A DNA stretch of 52,271 nt from Octopus sinensis. Its lineage: Eukaryota. The stretch covers positions 1-52,271 of the forward strand of contig NW_021833941.1 of assembly GCF_006345805.1 (NCBI RefSeq), read 5' to 3'. The stretch's first letter is position 1. Every line of letters begins with the position of its first letter. Below the pieces are notes generated by a model. The model saw nothing but the letters and a program-made list of their open reading frames with translations, did no database searches and was not told the origin of the DNA. Both the position numbers and the translations under genes were made by a program. Positions 1 to 11,174 of this stretch are shown here, one piece after another.

Positions 1-182
1 GAAGCACATCACCCCGATTCAATTCCTCACAAAAACTGCTCCCCGCCCGTCCCGCACTTGCGTTGGGTCCAGAGTCCAACATCGGGAAAAGCTGAGAAAG
101 ATTTTGAGGATTGTTGGAATCACCTAATTAATTACCCTAATTAACTGTTGGTGATTCTTGGGTTAAATAAATAAAATAAAAA
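1..182 (+). mobile_element. 3' end of an I-group-like LINE (second copy of the 39773-41517 element)
   Basis: Matches 41336-41517. Ends GGGTTAAATAAATAAAATAAAA and is followed by the same 13-bp TSD AATTTATAGTTGA (183-195). Confidence 0.85.
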
Positions 183-271
183 AATTTATAGTTGAGACTG
201 AAGGGATAACTAGCCATGGGAATTCCCCTTTGATATCGACTAAAAAAACAATCCTTTACAAAAAATAAGTC

Positions 272-3200
272 TCAATCAAAATAAGACGACAATGATTCCA
301 ACAATGATTTGTCCTTCAACGAAATGGAATTCAACACTGCCCTCACAATCTGAATGCGAAAATTCGACCGCTCTAATCGATCTCCAATGACGCGTGCCGT
401 CCTTATGATCTAATAAATATAAACTAACAAAAAGAAACATTTTCTGGAAGTCCTGCCAATCGTGCAACGTTAAGTCCATAACTAGGCGAAGAACCATTTA
501 CAAAACTATAAAGAAAAGTAACGATTTCCCGATCGTCCACATGACAAGCCTAATATTCGTCAAATATCATCAAACCATGAAACCCCTAGGAAAAGTGGGA
601 AAATCTGCCAATAAACAATGGTAATGAGTAGCGAATAAGCATCTACATCCAACACGGCCCAAATGGGATGTTACCGCCTTAGCTATGGCTGTTCCATCGT
701 AAGTGGCGGTGCCCCTCCCTACATCTAGAGAACTGACAGGACAAGCCTAGTTCATCCAACAGGACAAATGAATTGTTAGTTGCGTATTTGAGGATGGACG
801 AGGTTTCAATTAATTCTACGAAAAAAGTGCTTTGTCCCTCGTTAATCCGGTCTGAAGCTCCCAAACGAGTAAAAATACGGTCAACGGGAGACATAGTACA
901 TTCTCTGGCGGGAACAAAACTCCCCTACAAAATATTACATTCTTTGAAGTACCAAATGAGTCATAAGAACTAAAAGACCAGCCATTCTCATTAAAGTGGA
1001 CTTTCCACCCATATTTGCCCCAGTGATGAACATAAGCTGATTAGTTCCTTCAATAGAAAGGTCATTTGGAATAAAATCAGACTTTCTACTTAGAATTGGG
1101 TGAAGTCCTCTCGATATTCTCAAATAAGGAGACTGGCTCTTCACAGTTTATAAAACCAAGACAAACTGGATTTATGGTGGGGCGAGTCATTTCGGCGGAC
1201 TGGAGACTGTAATACGTGAGAGAACACAGAACATCAAGAACGGAGACGCACTCCACGACCCCAATCCATTCTCCATAACTAATATCAGCAAACATCCTTA
1301 TACTGTGCATCAAATGACTCTAGAACAGCTCTAAGCATATCTTTAGACACGGCTGCCTTATTTTCTTCACATTGGGTTAATTTAGTTATCAGTGAAATCA
1401 ATTCATGGCTTCTATACCTTCGATAACCCTTCCGTTGTCCCATCAGTTCACCTTCAATTTCCAACCTATGGAAGATTCTTTGAAATAAAAGTTACCATTC
1501 TGGAACTTCCAGCTGATAGCGATTTCGACCCGTCCCTACATAACTCATGTCCTTGGTTCCATATATAAATTTTTGTGCGGTCAAATAGTCCTCTATGGAT
1601 TTGATGGCTTCTTCTTCCAACACACAGGCTTTGTCAAAATCTGGATCCACTCCACTGAGTGGTAGAATTGTCCCAGCCGAGTCTGAGCCGGCCAAATCAT
1701 AGGAGTTCTAAGACGAATACACAATATTCGCTATAAACCATAAAATGATCAAGAAGGTCAGTCACGTCCGGCAGATTGCCTCCATCCTCAATTAAGGTTA
1801 GGGTTGATATAAGTTGTCGAGATCTAGCAGTAGAAAATACAAAAAAGACCGAAATGATGATACAAGTTTTCCAAAACCAAGACAAATATTGAACGCCTTT
1901 CCCATTCCCCGTAGGACGGAAAGGAAATCGGTGATCCTTCGTCGAACCCGCTTTTCTTCGTCAAAAAATATTGCTCGACTGTCGGGATGAGAGGTCGCTC
2001 TATTTTTGCTCCCATATTGGTGAATTCTACACAAATTTTGTGAATTGAGATAATAATAAAAGGATTAAGAAAACCTTGACAACATTCTTTCAAGATCAGG
2101 GAGGGCTGACATTTCCAACCAACTCTCCTGGAGAAGAGAGCGGTTGGCTCTTAAATCCTCAATAGCATCTAATCTATCGTTTATAACGACGGAAGAACAC
2201 GCTGGATTACAAACCCAAGTATACAATAATCGTTTACCTATGTATAAGCATCATAACAAATTTACCAAATTGGGTTTTGCAGTTATTCAGAACATCAAAG
2301 AGACTATTCCCATTCGAACCCGTGATATTTAAATTTTGATGAGTAACAGAATCAATTATCTACAATTACAGATTATTTAGTAAGACCATTCGCTTAGATT
2401 CTGGAAATTGTCGATATGCGACATGCCCTCCAGTAGAGAGTTCATACCACACCACATTCCCCATCGATAAGAGTTCGTCGTCGATCAGACATCTTCGCAG
2501 ATAGAATATAATCCCTCCAAATGCTCTCATTACTAAGTCCCTGTCTTCCCTTGGCATGACACCGTCAAATGTTAGTTGTTGTAATAAATCAGTTGGAAAT
2601 TTTGTTAAATAATCTTTTTCCCGGAGGTCTCTCATTGTACTCTCAGCCGACCAAGAACTCGAGTTGACCGGAAACGTCGATCTAAGTACAGAAGGCAACG
2701 ATTCCAGAAATGATTTGGTGTCCGTTGACAAAGCTTTGACACTCCGAGAGAGTATGTGACCAATGGGGAAATTGGAGTTAATAATTCTGAGATTAGACCG
2801 AAGTTTGTCGTCTTTAAACTGGCACAACTTAATTTAGAATCTTCATAAATTTACATGAAATTTTCCGATAGTGGTGTCTACAAAGACAACACCTATTTCA
2901 GCAGTTCCGTCCTCGTTGGGGTCTTCGGAAAAGGACAGCAAATATTGGGGAGTATGGCCTGCTTGCTCTCTTCTGGTTCCTATGCTTTCAATTTGACAAA
3001 GCTCTCGGCGGACAACTTTCTCTAAATTGGAGTATATTATTGAATCAACCTAAGTTCTGTTTGGCCATTTCAGGAGTTTCCGTCTGTTCTATTCGTCCAA
3101 CACGATATCCTCTCTCTACCAACACTGAGGCATACCGACTAAATGAGGCCTCCGGAAAACCAGCATGAGCATAGTCACCCTAATCACACCATTACATATT

Positions 3201-3814
3201 TTAGTAAATTAATTAAATAAATACTTTCATGTAAGCTATTCCCAATTCCTGAACACATACAATGGCGTCCATGTGAAAGGATTCGTAGAACTTGCCCATT
3301 TTGAAGAGAAGGATGACGTCATAATTCCGAGACTTGATCTCCCACCACTGCCTCATTGCCTGATGAATATAAATAATGCCAATACAGGAGTTTGCTTTTT
3401 GAGAAATTCGCGTGGTACTAACAGACTAGACGAATCATAGTCCGGATCGGTGTTATGTAATCCATTTCGGTCACTAAAAACTAGTTTTAAATAATTTCAC
3501 CAAATATTTTCAGTGGATAAAAATTCAAAATTAAAATGACTGAATTGTCCATTCGTCTCATTCATAAGTGGCGCACAAGTCGTCGATTTTCGTGCTATTT
3601 TTGGTTCATTTTGTGTAAAAGACTCTTCCGTCATAGAAACCGATTCATCTTCACTGCTTATTACCATGCTGGCACGTCTCCGTATAGAAGAACATTTCTC
3701 TATTATGTTAGGACTTTTCAGTGGTGTTGAATTTAGAGGTTTGGAAATTTGGGTTGTTGTCTGTTCCGCGTTTTTACTTTTCTTAAAGAAATTTAATAAT
3801 GAAGGTTGAGGCAT
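272..3814 (-). CDS. MSH6: DNA mismatch repair protein MSH6 (MutS-alpha), ~1000 aa, 17 introns of 25-48 nt
   Basis: N-terminal PIP box QPSLLNFF; mismatch-binding FKMGKFYE; DSRAIFFDE; Walker [15 protein letters not shown]; [11 protein letters not shown]; [13 protein letters not shown]; LFATHYH; [12 protein letters not shown]. Exons join in frame across GT-AG introns and one GC-AG intron. TGA stop at 272-274. Confidence 0.97.
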
Positions 3815-4130
3815 GCACCACAACGACGATACCAAAAATTTGAAAATTCGCGCTTTATCTATCAATTCGAATATCACACATAAATGAACTTTTATTAAAA
3901 AATAAAACTGTCAAACTTTTATAATTGATTTTTCCTTTTGTCCCAAATTATCTACTAAGCCTGCAAACACAATACTTTTCTAATGGCTCTAAAGTGGGAT
4001 TATGTCCTGTAAGCTTTTTTAAAATTCACTTTCTACTCGATATTCATTCTCTACTTCTTTTCTACTTTTCAATATAAATACTCGTTATCTTTCATTCAGA
4101 ATATGTTTTAATACACTATTTGCCTTAAAG

Positions 4131-4739
4131 CAGCGTTTCCCAACCTTTTTGTGCTCGCGGCACTTAAAACTAGGTTTTTTTCTCCCGGCACTTAAAAAAT
4201 CAATATTCATTAGAAATGTTTTTATAATTAATATATTCAAGAAACTTAACGCAAAATTACCAAAAGTAGTTATAATAACTAATGAGACAAATGTGCTTGT
4301 TTATGTGCACACAAAATTTCCAGACGGGGACGAATTTGCGACAAACATACGCGGAGGTCATCTAAAGCTCTTTGAGAAACGTGAAGTGTTTTAACGAATG
4401 TGGCACTTTGAGTCTCCTAGGATTTTAACATGTTCTTGAAATATGATGATTTCTTATCTCTTAAAGAAAAGTGCATAGTGGCTAAATGCCTTTTCATCTT
4501 AGACGGGACCATCCCATCATTTAAAAGAATTTTACTGCATACAATACACCTTGGTAGTGGCAATGCACAATCTCCATTCCATGTAAATCCATAGTTCAAA
4601 TATTTTTCAGAATAAATTCGTATTTTTTTGTTTTTTTTATTCGCCGAAGATTGAGGATGTGAACCACCAAAAATTGCTCATAACTAACTATTTTAATTTT
4701 AAAATTTTCAAGTTTTTTTAATTAATTAAAATATTATTA
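4131..4739 (-). mobile_element. hAT Buster/Charlie internal-deletion derivative, right end deleted in this copy
   Basis: Left TIR CAGCGTTTCCCAAC follows CCTTAAAG. Carries a BED-type piece YLNYGFTW..PRCIVCSKILLNDGMVPSKMKRHL and the C-terminal DDLRVCLSQIRPRLEILCAHKQAHLSH*. Confidence 0.85.
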
Positions 4740-4974
4740 CAAGTGGATCTTGGATTGTTACATTATGAATTGAAACGTGGATCCTTCAATAAAAAATCTG
4801 CCATTAATAAATGAAAATTTGTTTACGAAAAGTCAGGAAAGTTTAAAATTTCCCAATCGTGCTAGTTGTAGATCAGGGGTTCTCAAGTGCGGCCCCGAGA
4901 ATCTTTTTGATAGCCAACTTCCAAACTTTAAAATTAATTTTGAATATAAAATTAATTTTAAATTAATGATAATA

Positions 4975-5576
4975 TGTCGCGAGCGCAGCGCGCGACCGAG
5001 CGTTAGACGCGACTTTGACACCTAACAAGCCTATCATCAACAAATATATTTATAAATTATTTAAAATTTTAACATGATTTAAAATTAAAATTGAAATAAC
5101 TTAAGTTTTCCATTGAATCCCATAAAATAATTTATAAGTAGACCTTAATAGAAAAAGTAAAATCAATGAATACTGAACGCTAATTTGGTTTAGGTTGTGA
5201 GGGGGGTAATAATTTGACAGATCTCATTGCTATTTTTTCGTTTTAATCTCTAAAATTAGGTCTTCTAATCAAAAATGAACTGTGCAGACAGGCTTGCTCC
5301 TTCAGAAGATTCTTGTTTTGACATTTTTATAAATTATGAAGCATTTAGATTTTTCTCATTATTCTAAAATATCAATTATAAATTTTAAAATATTATTTTT
5401 ATTTATGAAATCGGTTTTAAAGCTCATTCTGCTTGGCATCGATTTTAATTTTTGTTATCGAATATATTTAATCCAAATCAGCCTGGGTATTTGTCAATTT
5501 ATAGATTTTTTGATTGATCGGATCTAGAAATTGAGTGGTCGCTCGCTGCGCTCGGTCGCTCGCTGCGCTCGCGACA
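4975..5576. mobile_element. MITE with GC-rich ~28-bp TIRs (TGTCGCGAGCGCAGCG...), TA-flanked; present only in copy A
   Basis: 4973-5002 and 5549-5578 are inverted repeats (29/30). Extra 17-bp direct repeat at 5537-5570. AT-rich non-coding interior. Confidence 0.7.
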
Positions 5577-5699
5577 TAATATTTTATTGACTCTGAGCCA
5601 CCGGTTGTCAACATGAGTATGTCCATACTAACTTCCAATTTGCTGAGTTCTGTAGCAAAATACAGTAGAATATTCATTTAACAAAAATGAAATTTTAGC

Positions 5700-6040
5700 A
5701 TTTGTTAAATTTATTTAACGAAAAAATTATCTAAAGATGACAACAACTTATAATGCCAATGAATTGCCGATAAATTTTCATTTCTGTTTAAATTGAACAT
5801 TTGCAGGAGGAAATTTAACGCTATTTTAAAGAGTTGTGAGTCAATTCTGGAACAACTTGAAAACTCACAACAAGAATGAAATGACTTTCCGGGACAAAAA
5901 AATTTTTTACAATAAAACAAGAAAATATCTTTAGTCAAAATTAACCAAGAAATTCGATTATATTTTTGAACTGAATGAACTTTGTCTAGAAATTTTTGAC
6001 TAGTAAAAATCGTAAATAGCCCTTTTGTAAATGTAAACAT
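5700..6040 (-). mobile_element. hAT (ZMYM/TTF zinc-finger type) transposase N-terminal remnant; copy at ~46525-46865
   Basis: SWLILTKDIFLFYCKKF...HWHY resembles the TTF zinc finger. hAT-like end CAGGGGTTCTCAAG at 4874. Confidence 0.5.
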
Positions 6041-6305
6041 GTTGACATGTCACTCATTTCGCTCATGCCGGCCACACTTTTTTTTCATAGAAAGAGAACA
6101 TGTTACCAAGGAACTAACTAATCCAAACAAAGTCATGTGTTTCTTCTGCTCCATTTTGTCTCCTTATTTTTGTTGTGCGGCCGATTAAGACATCCTGTTC
6201 CGCCGTGATAACACTGATGACGGCGTCACTCGTCAATCCAGGTGCATATTGGACGCATTAAACCTTCAGCCGGGGTGATAGCAGAGGGATTCGAACCAGG
6301 GAATA

Positions 6306-7808
6306 CAGTGCTTGTCAAAAGAAATTAGATTTGTAATAAATCGACTTTTTTTAAATAAATTAGAATTTAATTTTCTTAAATCATTCTTGGCAAAATTAGA
6401 ATTTTTTTTAATTTTTAAAATTATTATTGGCTTTTAGAATTTAATTTTAAAGCAGAATTTAAAATTTGCCGGACAAAAAAAATTGGATTTTTTTATTTTG
6501 ATGAAACAAATTAAAATTGCTTCATAAACTTCCAAACTTCTTTTTTTCATTGACATAACTAAATTTTCTAGGTATTTTTTCGGTATTGACTCCCATATCA
6601 CAACTAATTTTGTCTCCAAATCTTTCAAGTTTTTCGGCGGTTTTTGCAATAATTTTCTCTTCATCATTACCCAAACATGCTCAATTGGATTAAGGTCAGG
6701 TGATTGAGACGGCCAATCAAGAATTTTATATTTTCTATCGCATATAAATTCTTTAACTACTCGAGAATCGTGGCATGGAGCATTATCTTGTTGAAAAATA
6801 AATGAGTTTAACCCCATTTTTAGAGCTGATTGCTGCAGATTATTCGACAAAATGTTTAAATAATAAGCACTGTTCATTTTTCCATTTATAATAACAAGAT
6901 TACCGACGCCTTCATATGAGAAACATCCTCAAACCATTAACTTTCCTCCACCATACTTAACAGTAGGTACAATATTGGACTTTTCATAGGCAGTACCGTT
7001 TTCACGATAAACAATTTTTCTTGTTTTGCTGTTATAGACCTCAAAACATGACTCATCGGAGAAGATGACTTTCTTCCATTCTTCGTCAGATATGGCTAAA
7101 AACTTTTTCGCAATTAACCATCTGGATTCGATGTTTTTTGATGTCAAAAGAGGTTTGTGTTTTGCAACTCGGGCATGTAATCCAAATGAATTTGGTATAC
7201 GACCAATTGTTCTGGGAGATACGTCCACATTAAATTGAGTTTTTGTTATCTCAGAAAGAGACACAGCAGAAATTGAGGGTTCATCCCTCGAGATTAATTG
7301 TATTGTTTTTTTGATCTAAAGAGAGTTTTGGTAAACGTCTAGATCCAATTTTTCGCGTAGTGCTGCCTTCTTTGGAAAATTTTCTTGTCACAAATCCCAC
7401 GGTCGATCTGGAAATTTTCAGTATTTTGGATATCTCTTCAATTGTTTTTCCTGAAGAGTAATATCCAATTATTACTCCTTTTGTAAAATCAGATAAATGA
7501 ATTTTTGAATTACGCTTCATTTATACGAGAACAGATCAAAAACAACAAAAATCCAATTTTTTTGTCCGGCAAATTTTAAATTCTGCTTTAAAATTAAATT
7601 CTAAAAGCCAAAAACAATTTTAAAATTAAAAAAATAATTCTAATTTTACCAAGAATGATGTAAGAAAATTAAATTATAATTTATTTTAAATTTTATTAAG
7701 AAAAGTTAACAAAGCCATCTTAATAAAATAAAACAATTGGCATTCAAAAAAAAATTTATTTAAAAAAAAGTCGATTTATTACAAATCCATTTTTTTTGTC
7801 AGGCACTG
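6306..7808 (-). mobile_element. Tc1 (DD34E) DNA transposon with ~190-bp TIRs, transposase frameshifted
   Basis: TA|CAGTGC...GCACTG|TA. ORFs 7281-7520 (paired-like HTH), 6929-7264 (VIFSDES, KYGGG) and 6434-6877 (FQQDNAPCH...SPDLNPIE, 34 residues between D and E). Confidence 0.95.
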
Positions 7809-7869
7809 TACACCAGGCTCTTCAAGCACTGCGTCATTATTTCAATAAAATCAATGCACGGCATCTCAA

Positions 7870-8492
7870 TGTTCAATTTACAATTCAATAATGATTTGAA
7901 GATTTCTTTTTTCATTCGACCTCTTGCTTTTGACCAAGTGACATTCATAATTCAAAATATTCTTTCTACAGGAGCAGTAGAGCCAAGTGGGCAAAATACA
8001 TATTCGATTATTTTAATAAAATTTGGAATTTGAATAGTCTTTTCATTAAAATATTTACAAGCATGCATCCAATTTAATTCTTTAATTATCCTGGTTAGTT
8101 TTCCATTCCTTATTTTTTGTTGACCAGAACAATTTAACATTCACAAATTCATCAAATAAATCGTTGACATTTATATCTTTGAATCCAATTGCTTTATTAA
8201 TTTTTTCTCCGGAGTGTGGAAAAAATTAAAGGACGGAGAAAATCTTAATGTATTACGAAACGTTGCCCACAATAGAGGGATATAGGATAAACTAATAATT
8301 CTTATTGTTTCCAGTCCGGCACAAGCTTTGTCATGATTTATGACATACTAAAATTTATTTAAAATTAAGTTTTAATGACTACTAGTACAATTTGGAATCA
8401 TTTGCTTTATCCTTGATACAACTCCATAAACATTATAAGAAATTTTGCGGAACCCTAAAATTAATTCGCGGAACTCATGTTGGGAACCCCAG
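7870..8492 (-). mobile_element. hAT transposase C-terminal (dimerisation domain) remnant with one terminus; copy at ~48695-49317
   Basis: PNFIKIIEYVFCPLGSTAPVERIF matches the hATC S.A.VER.FS motif. TIR-like GTTGGGAACCCCAG at ~8479-8492. Confidence 0.7.
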
Positions 8493-8744
8493 CTCTAAAG
8501 ATTATAAAAAAACCAAAAAGTACCAAGCAACAGGATACATGAGCACCTCAAAGTTAGAAAAATAAGTTATCACTGATAACTTATCAGAAATCTAGTTTTT
8601 TTCAAAGGTGAAAAGTTAAAAAAAATCGAGATTTACATTTAAATAAATTACTGGATTAGATTAATGAAATTCAAAACTTTCAAAAGCCATGAAACCAAAG
8701 CACTACATGATGAATCCAATGAATTTTCAAGAGATTAAAAACCG

Positions 8745-9240
8745 CGCTTAACCAGAACCGTGTGGCCTGCTTCCTCTCCGCTCCACATCAAAACGGTAGT
8801 GTCTTACTCATTTCCAACGGTATCCTTGGGACTCTTTTCGAGAACAGCTCTCTCCAAACTGGTGTCGCCATCCGGCTCGGATTAAAACACGCACATTGCA
8901 TGGATATTTCTACGGGAGCACATTAGGCGTGAACGGGCGAATTTTCCTTCTTGCCGACACAGTCCCGGCCGCTTTTCCAGACATAGGGCTGAACGACGCT
9001 TAACGATTTCACGTTTTGAGCAGTCCAGGGCACTTCTTTCCCTTCAATCTTTGAACGAGTCGGTCTATTCTCATTCCACGAAGGAAATTCATTCGCGTGG
9101 GATGCAACATGCACCGTACGTTTTTTGTCCTGAATATGCCTTCTGAATCCTCTGGTGCGCTGCAAAGTGTGATCCGGTTGCATTCGAAACCTTAGACGTC
9201 TAGAAGATCTCACTACGCCGTTGATCATATATTTTGGTAA
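8745..9240 (+). mobile_element. Degenerate 3' part of a CRE-like (RLE) non-LTR retrotransposon; copy at ~49570-50065
   Basis: Frameshifted pieces LGTLFENSSLQTGVAIRLGL, CRHSPGRFSRH, FAWDATCT, VAFETL. The listed 135-aa minus-strand ORF is a shadow. Confidence 0.75.
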
Positions 9241-9791
9241 AAGGATATTTACCCGTAGAAGTGAACTACAAAAATTATCTTGGTTTTGGCAAATAATCTC
9301 GATAGGCATTTTTTGTGAAAAGTCAATCAATTCATTCCTTCACAAATAAAATCGTTTTTATCAAAGGAAAAATCAAAGAAATCAAAATATTTGTCCTATA
9401 TTTGTCAGGTGGATTATATTGACTTTTCTAATAATAGCTTAAACACATAGGTTAGAAAAGATTTGAAGAAATATTCATTATTAAAAATTTGCTCGAGATA
9501 AAAACAATCCAGAAGTTGTTAGGAAAAGTTTACTGATTATTTATAACAAGGATAAGTTCAAAGTGAGATATTTTTTCATTTTCAAAGATTAAAAATTGTA
9601 AAATAACCCCACAATCACGTGGGAATAAATAATCAATAGTCACGAAATATTTCTAAATAAAAAGGCGACACAGGCGATGTCGACGGTCGTCAATATTTCG
9701 TTTCGTTTCCAGTTAAAGTATTATAGCACTACTGACTGAATATATTTGCTAAGTAATATATATTGGTCTTAATCTTACTTTGATCTATAGA

Positions 9792-10978
9792 ATGAACTTT
9801 GATCCGAATGAAGAATTCCAGATTAATCCAAACTTGCAACCACACATATCTCATAGCAAACACAATTCCGACCAGACACAACCAGTGGACACAAATAATT
9901 ACGTATATAAAAATACAACCTAATTTGTTAAGACGGGCCAGGACAAGGCTCGAATTATTGATATTGAAAACAAATTGACTAGAAAAATGTTACAAATTAA
10001 CAATATTCTCAAAAACTATCAATATAAATTCTTTCAAAATAATGTATTACAACTTTTATATTTTACAATATATTTATTCATGATGTTTATACTAAAATAA
10101 TCAATAGCTAGATATTCATTTCTACTGGGAAGACTTTGCCAAAGCATTTTTTAACGATTCAGCTTCTATTAGACTAATTGGCAACTTTCGAAACAAAGAC
10201 AGGACCTTCGGTATTCTTGAATATGCTCAATCTGATAGTGGTACAAAGAAGAAATATTGGACAATTCTTTTCCAAGTTTTTTCAAGATAAAGCTACAGAA
10301 CTTGAATTTATGATCTCCTTTCCTGAACACTCCCAAATTATCAATAATGAATATTTTGGCTTACACAAAAATTCTTATATGCGAACAGAATACCAATCAG
10401 GAACGTCTGATAAACTCCAAATTCACAGTGTTATGGCTTGTGGAAATTTTAATGTTTGTTTTGATTGCGATGATCTCCTATTTCGCAATTGGGTTCTCCA
10501 TTTTACGAAGATCAGTGAATTTCTAAACAAATCATACCAAACATTATTCTATTTACTCGAAAATATTTCTGATAACGGATTTCCGCCATCAGTCATTAGT
10601 TTTCTCGAAGTTTTCTTTATATTTTAATTTAAAGCTTTTGGAGTCCACCCAGCCAGTGAGGTGCATGATACCAAGTTTAAATATGCCTGAAGGAACCAAG
10701 CCTGCTCTAGAACCCTTAAGGACTGTTTCGACAGCGGAAAGAATAAATAAAGTGGAATCTAATGACCAAAGAAAAAGCAATGCTCAGCGAGATGGGGGTA
10801 AGAGAAGAAATAGTCGGAACAACGCAGATAGCACTGATTCGGTAACTCTTAATACACCTATTTTAATGAAAAGAATTTACAAAATACCAAGAAAAGATAC
10901 AAACTAACAACGATGACTACCGAAGAAGGTATACAATCAGAGAGTGAGACGTATGAAGATGATTTATTTCTTTTTTAA
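9792..10978 (+). CDS. Ldb: Divergent LIM-domain-binding protein (Ldb/Chip, LIM_bind family), 4 introns; this copy has a 1-bp frameshift near 10865
   Basis: Spliced product RIIDIENKL...FYWEDFAKAFFNDSA...IGQFFSKFFQDKATELEF...FDCDDLLFRNWVLHF...ENISDNGF parallels LDB1 RIFELNKRL..WWDAFTTEFFEDDA..IPRYFRSIFEGGATELYY..FDDMMRIKTWHF..KNITRCGL. Confidence 0.75.
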
Positions 10979-11174
10979 TTCAAATTTCACATTTTTTATA
11001 AAATTTACTTTTTGGTGTAATCAGTGAGCTCGAATTTTCAATAGGTTTTAATAGGTTCTTTTGTTTTATAAAAAAATTGCGTTATACTTCATAAAAAATA
11101 TTATCCTAATACTCCGAGTAAATTATGTCTCACTGGTGAACTTTCTGAATGTTAATCAATTAATTTAATAAATT

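Noticed and set aside
5537-5576. GCTC/GAGC repeats as a parvoviral (AAV-like) Rep-binding ITR
   Set aside because: No T-shaped hairpin and no Rep or capsid coding sequence nearby. A MITE TIR explains it.
6240-6305. tRNA gene suggested by GGTTCGAATCC on the minus strand
   Set aside because: The T-stem does not pair, and there is no acceptor, anticodon or D arm even after removing the Tc1.
4874-8492. A single large hAT bounded by CAGGGGTTCTCAA and TTGGGAACCCCAG
   Set aside because: The flanking 8-mers (TTGTAGAT versus CTCTAAAG) do not match, and the internal remnants come from different hAT types.
8923-9330. 135-aa basic ORF resembling a ribosomal protein
   Set aside because: No ribosomal-protein motifs. 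It is the antisense shadow of a CRE remnant.
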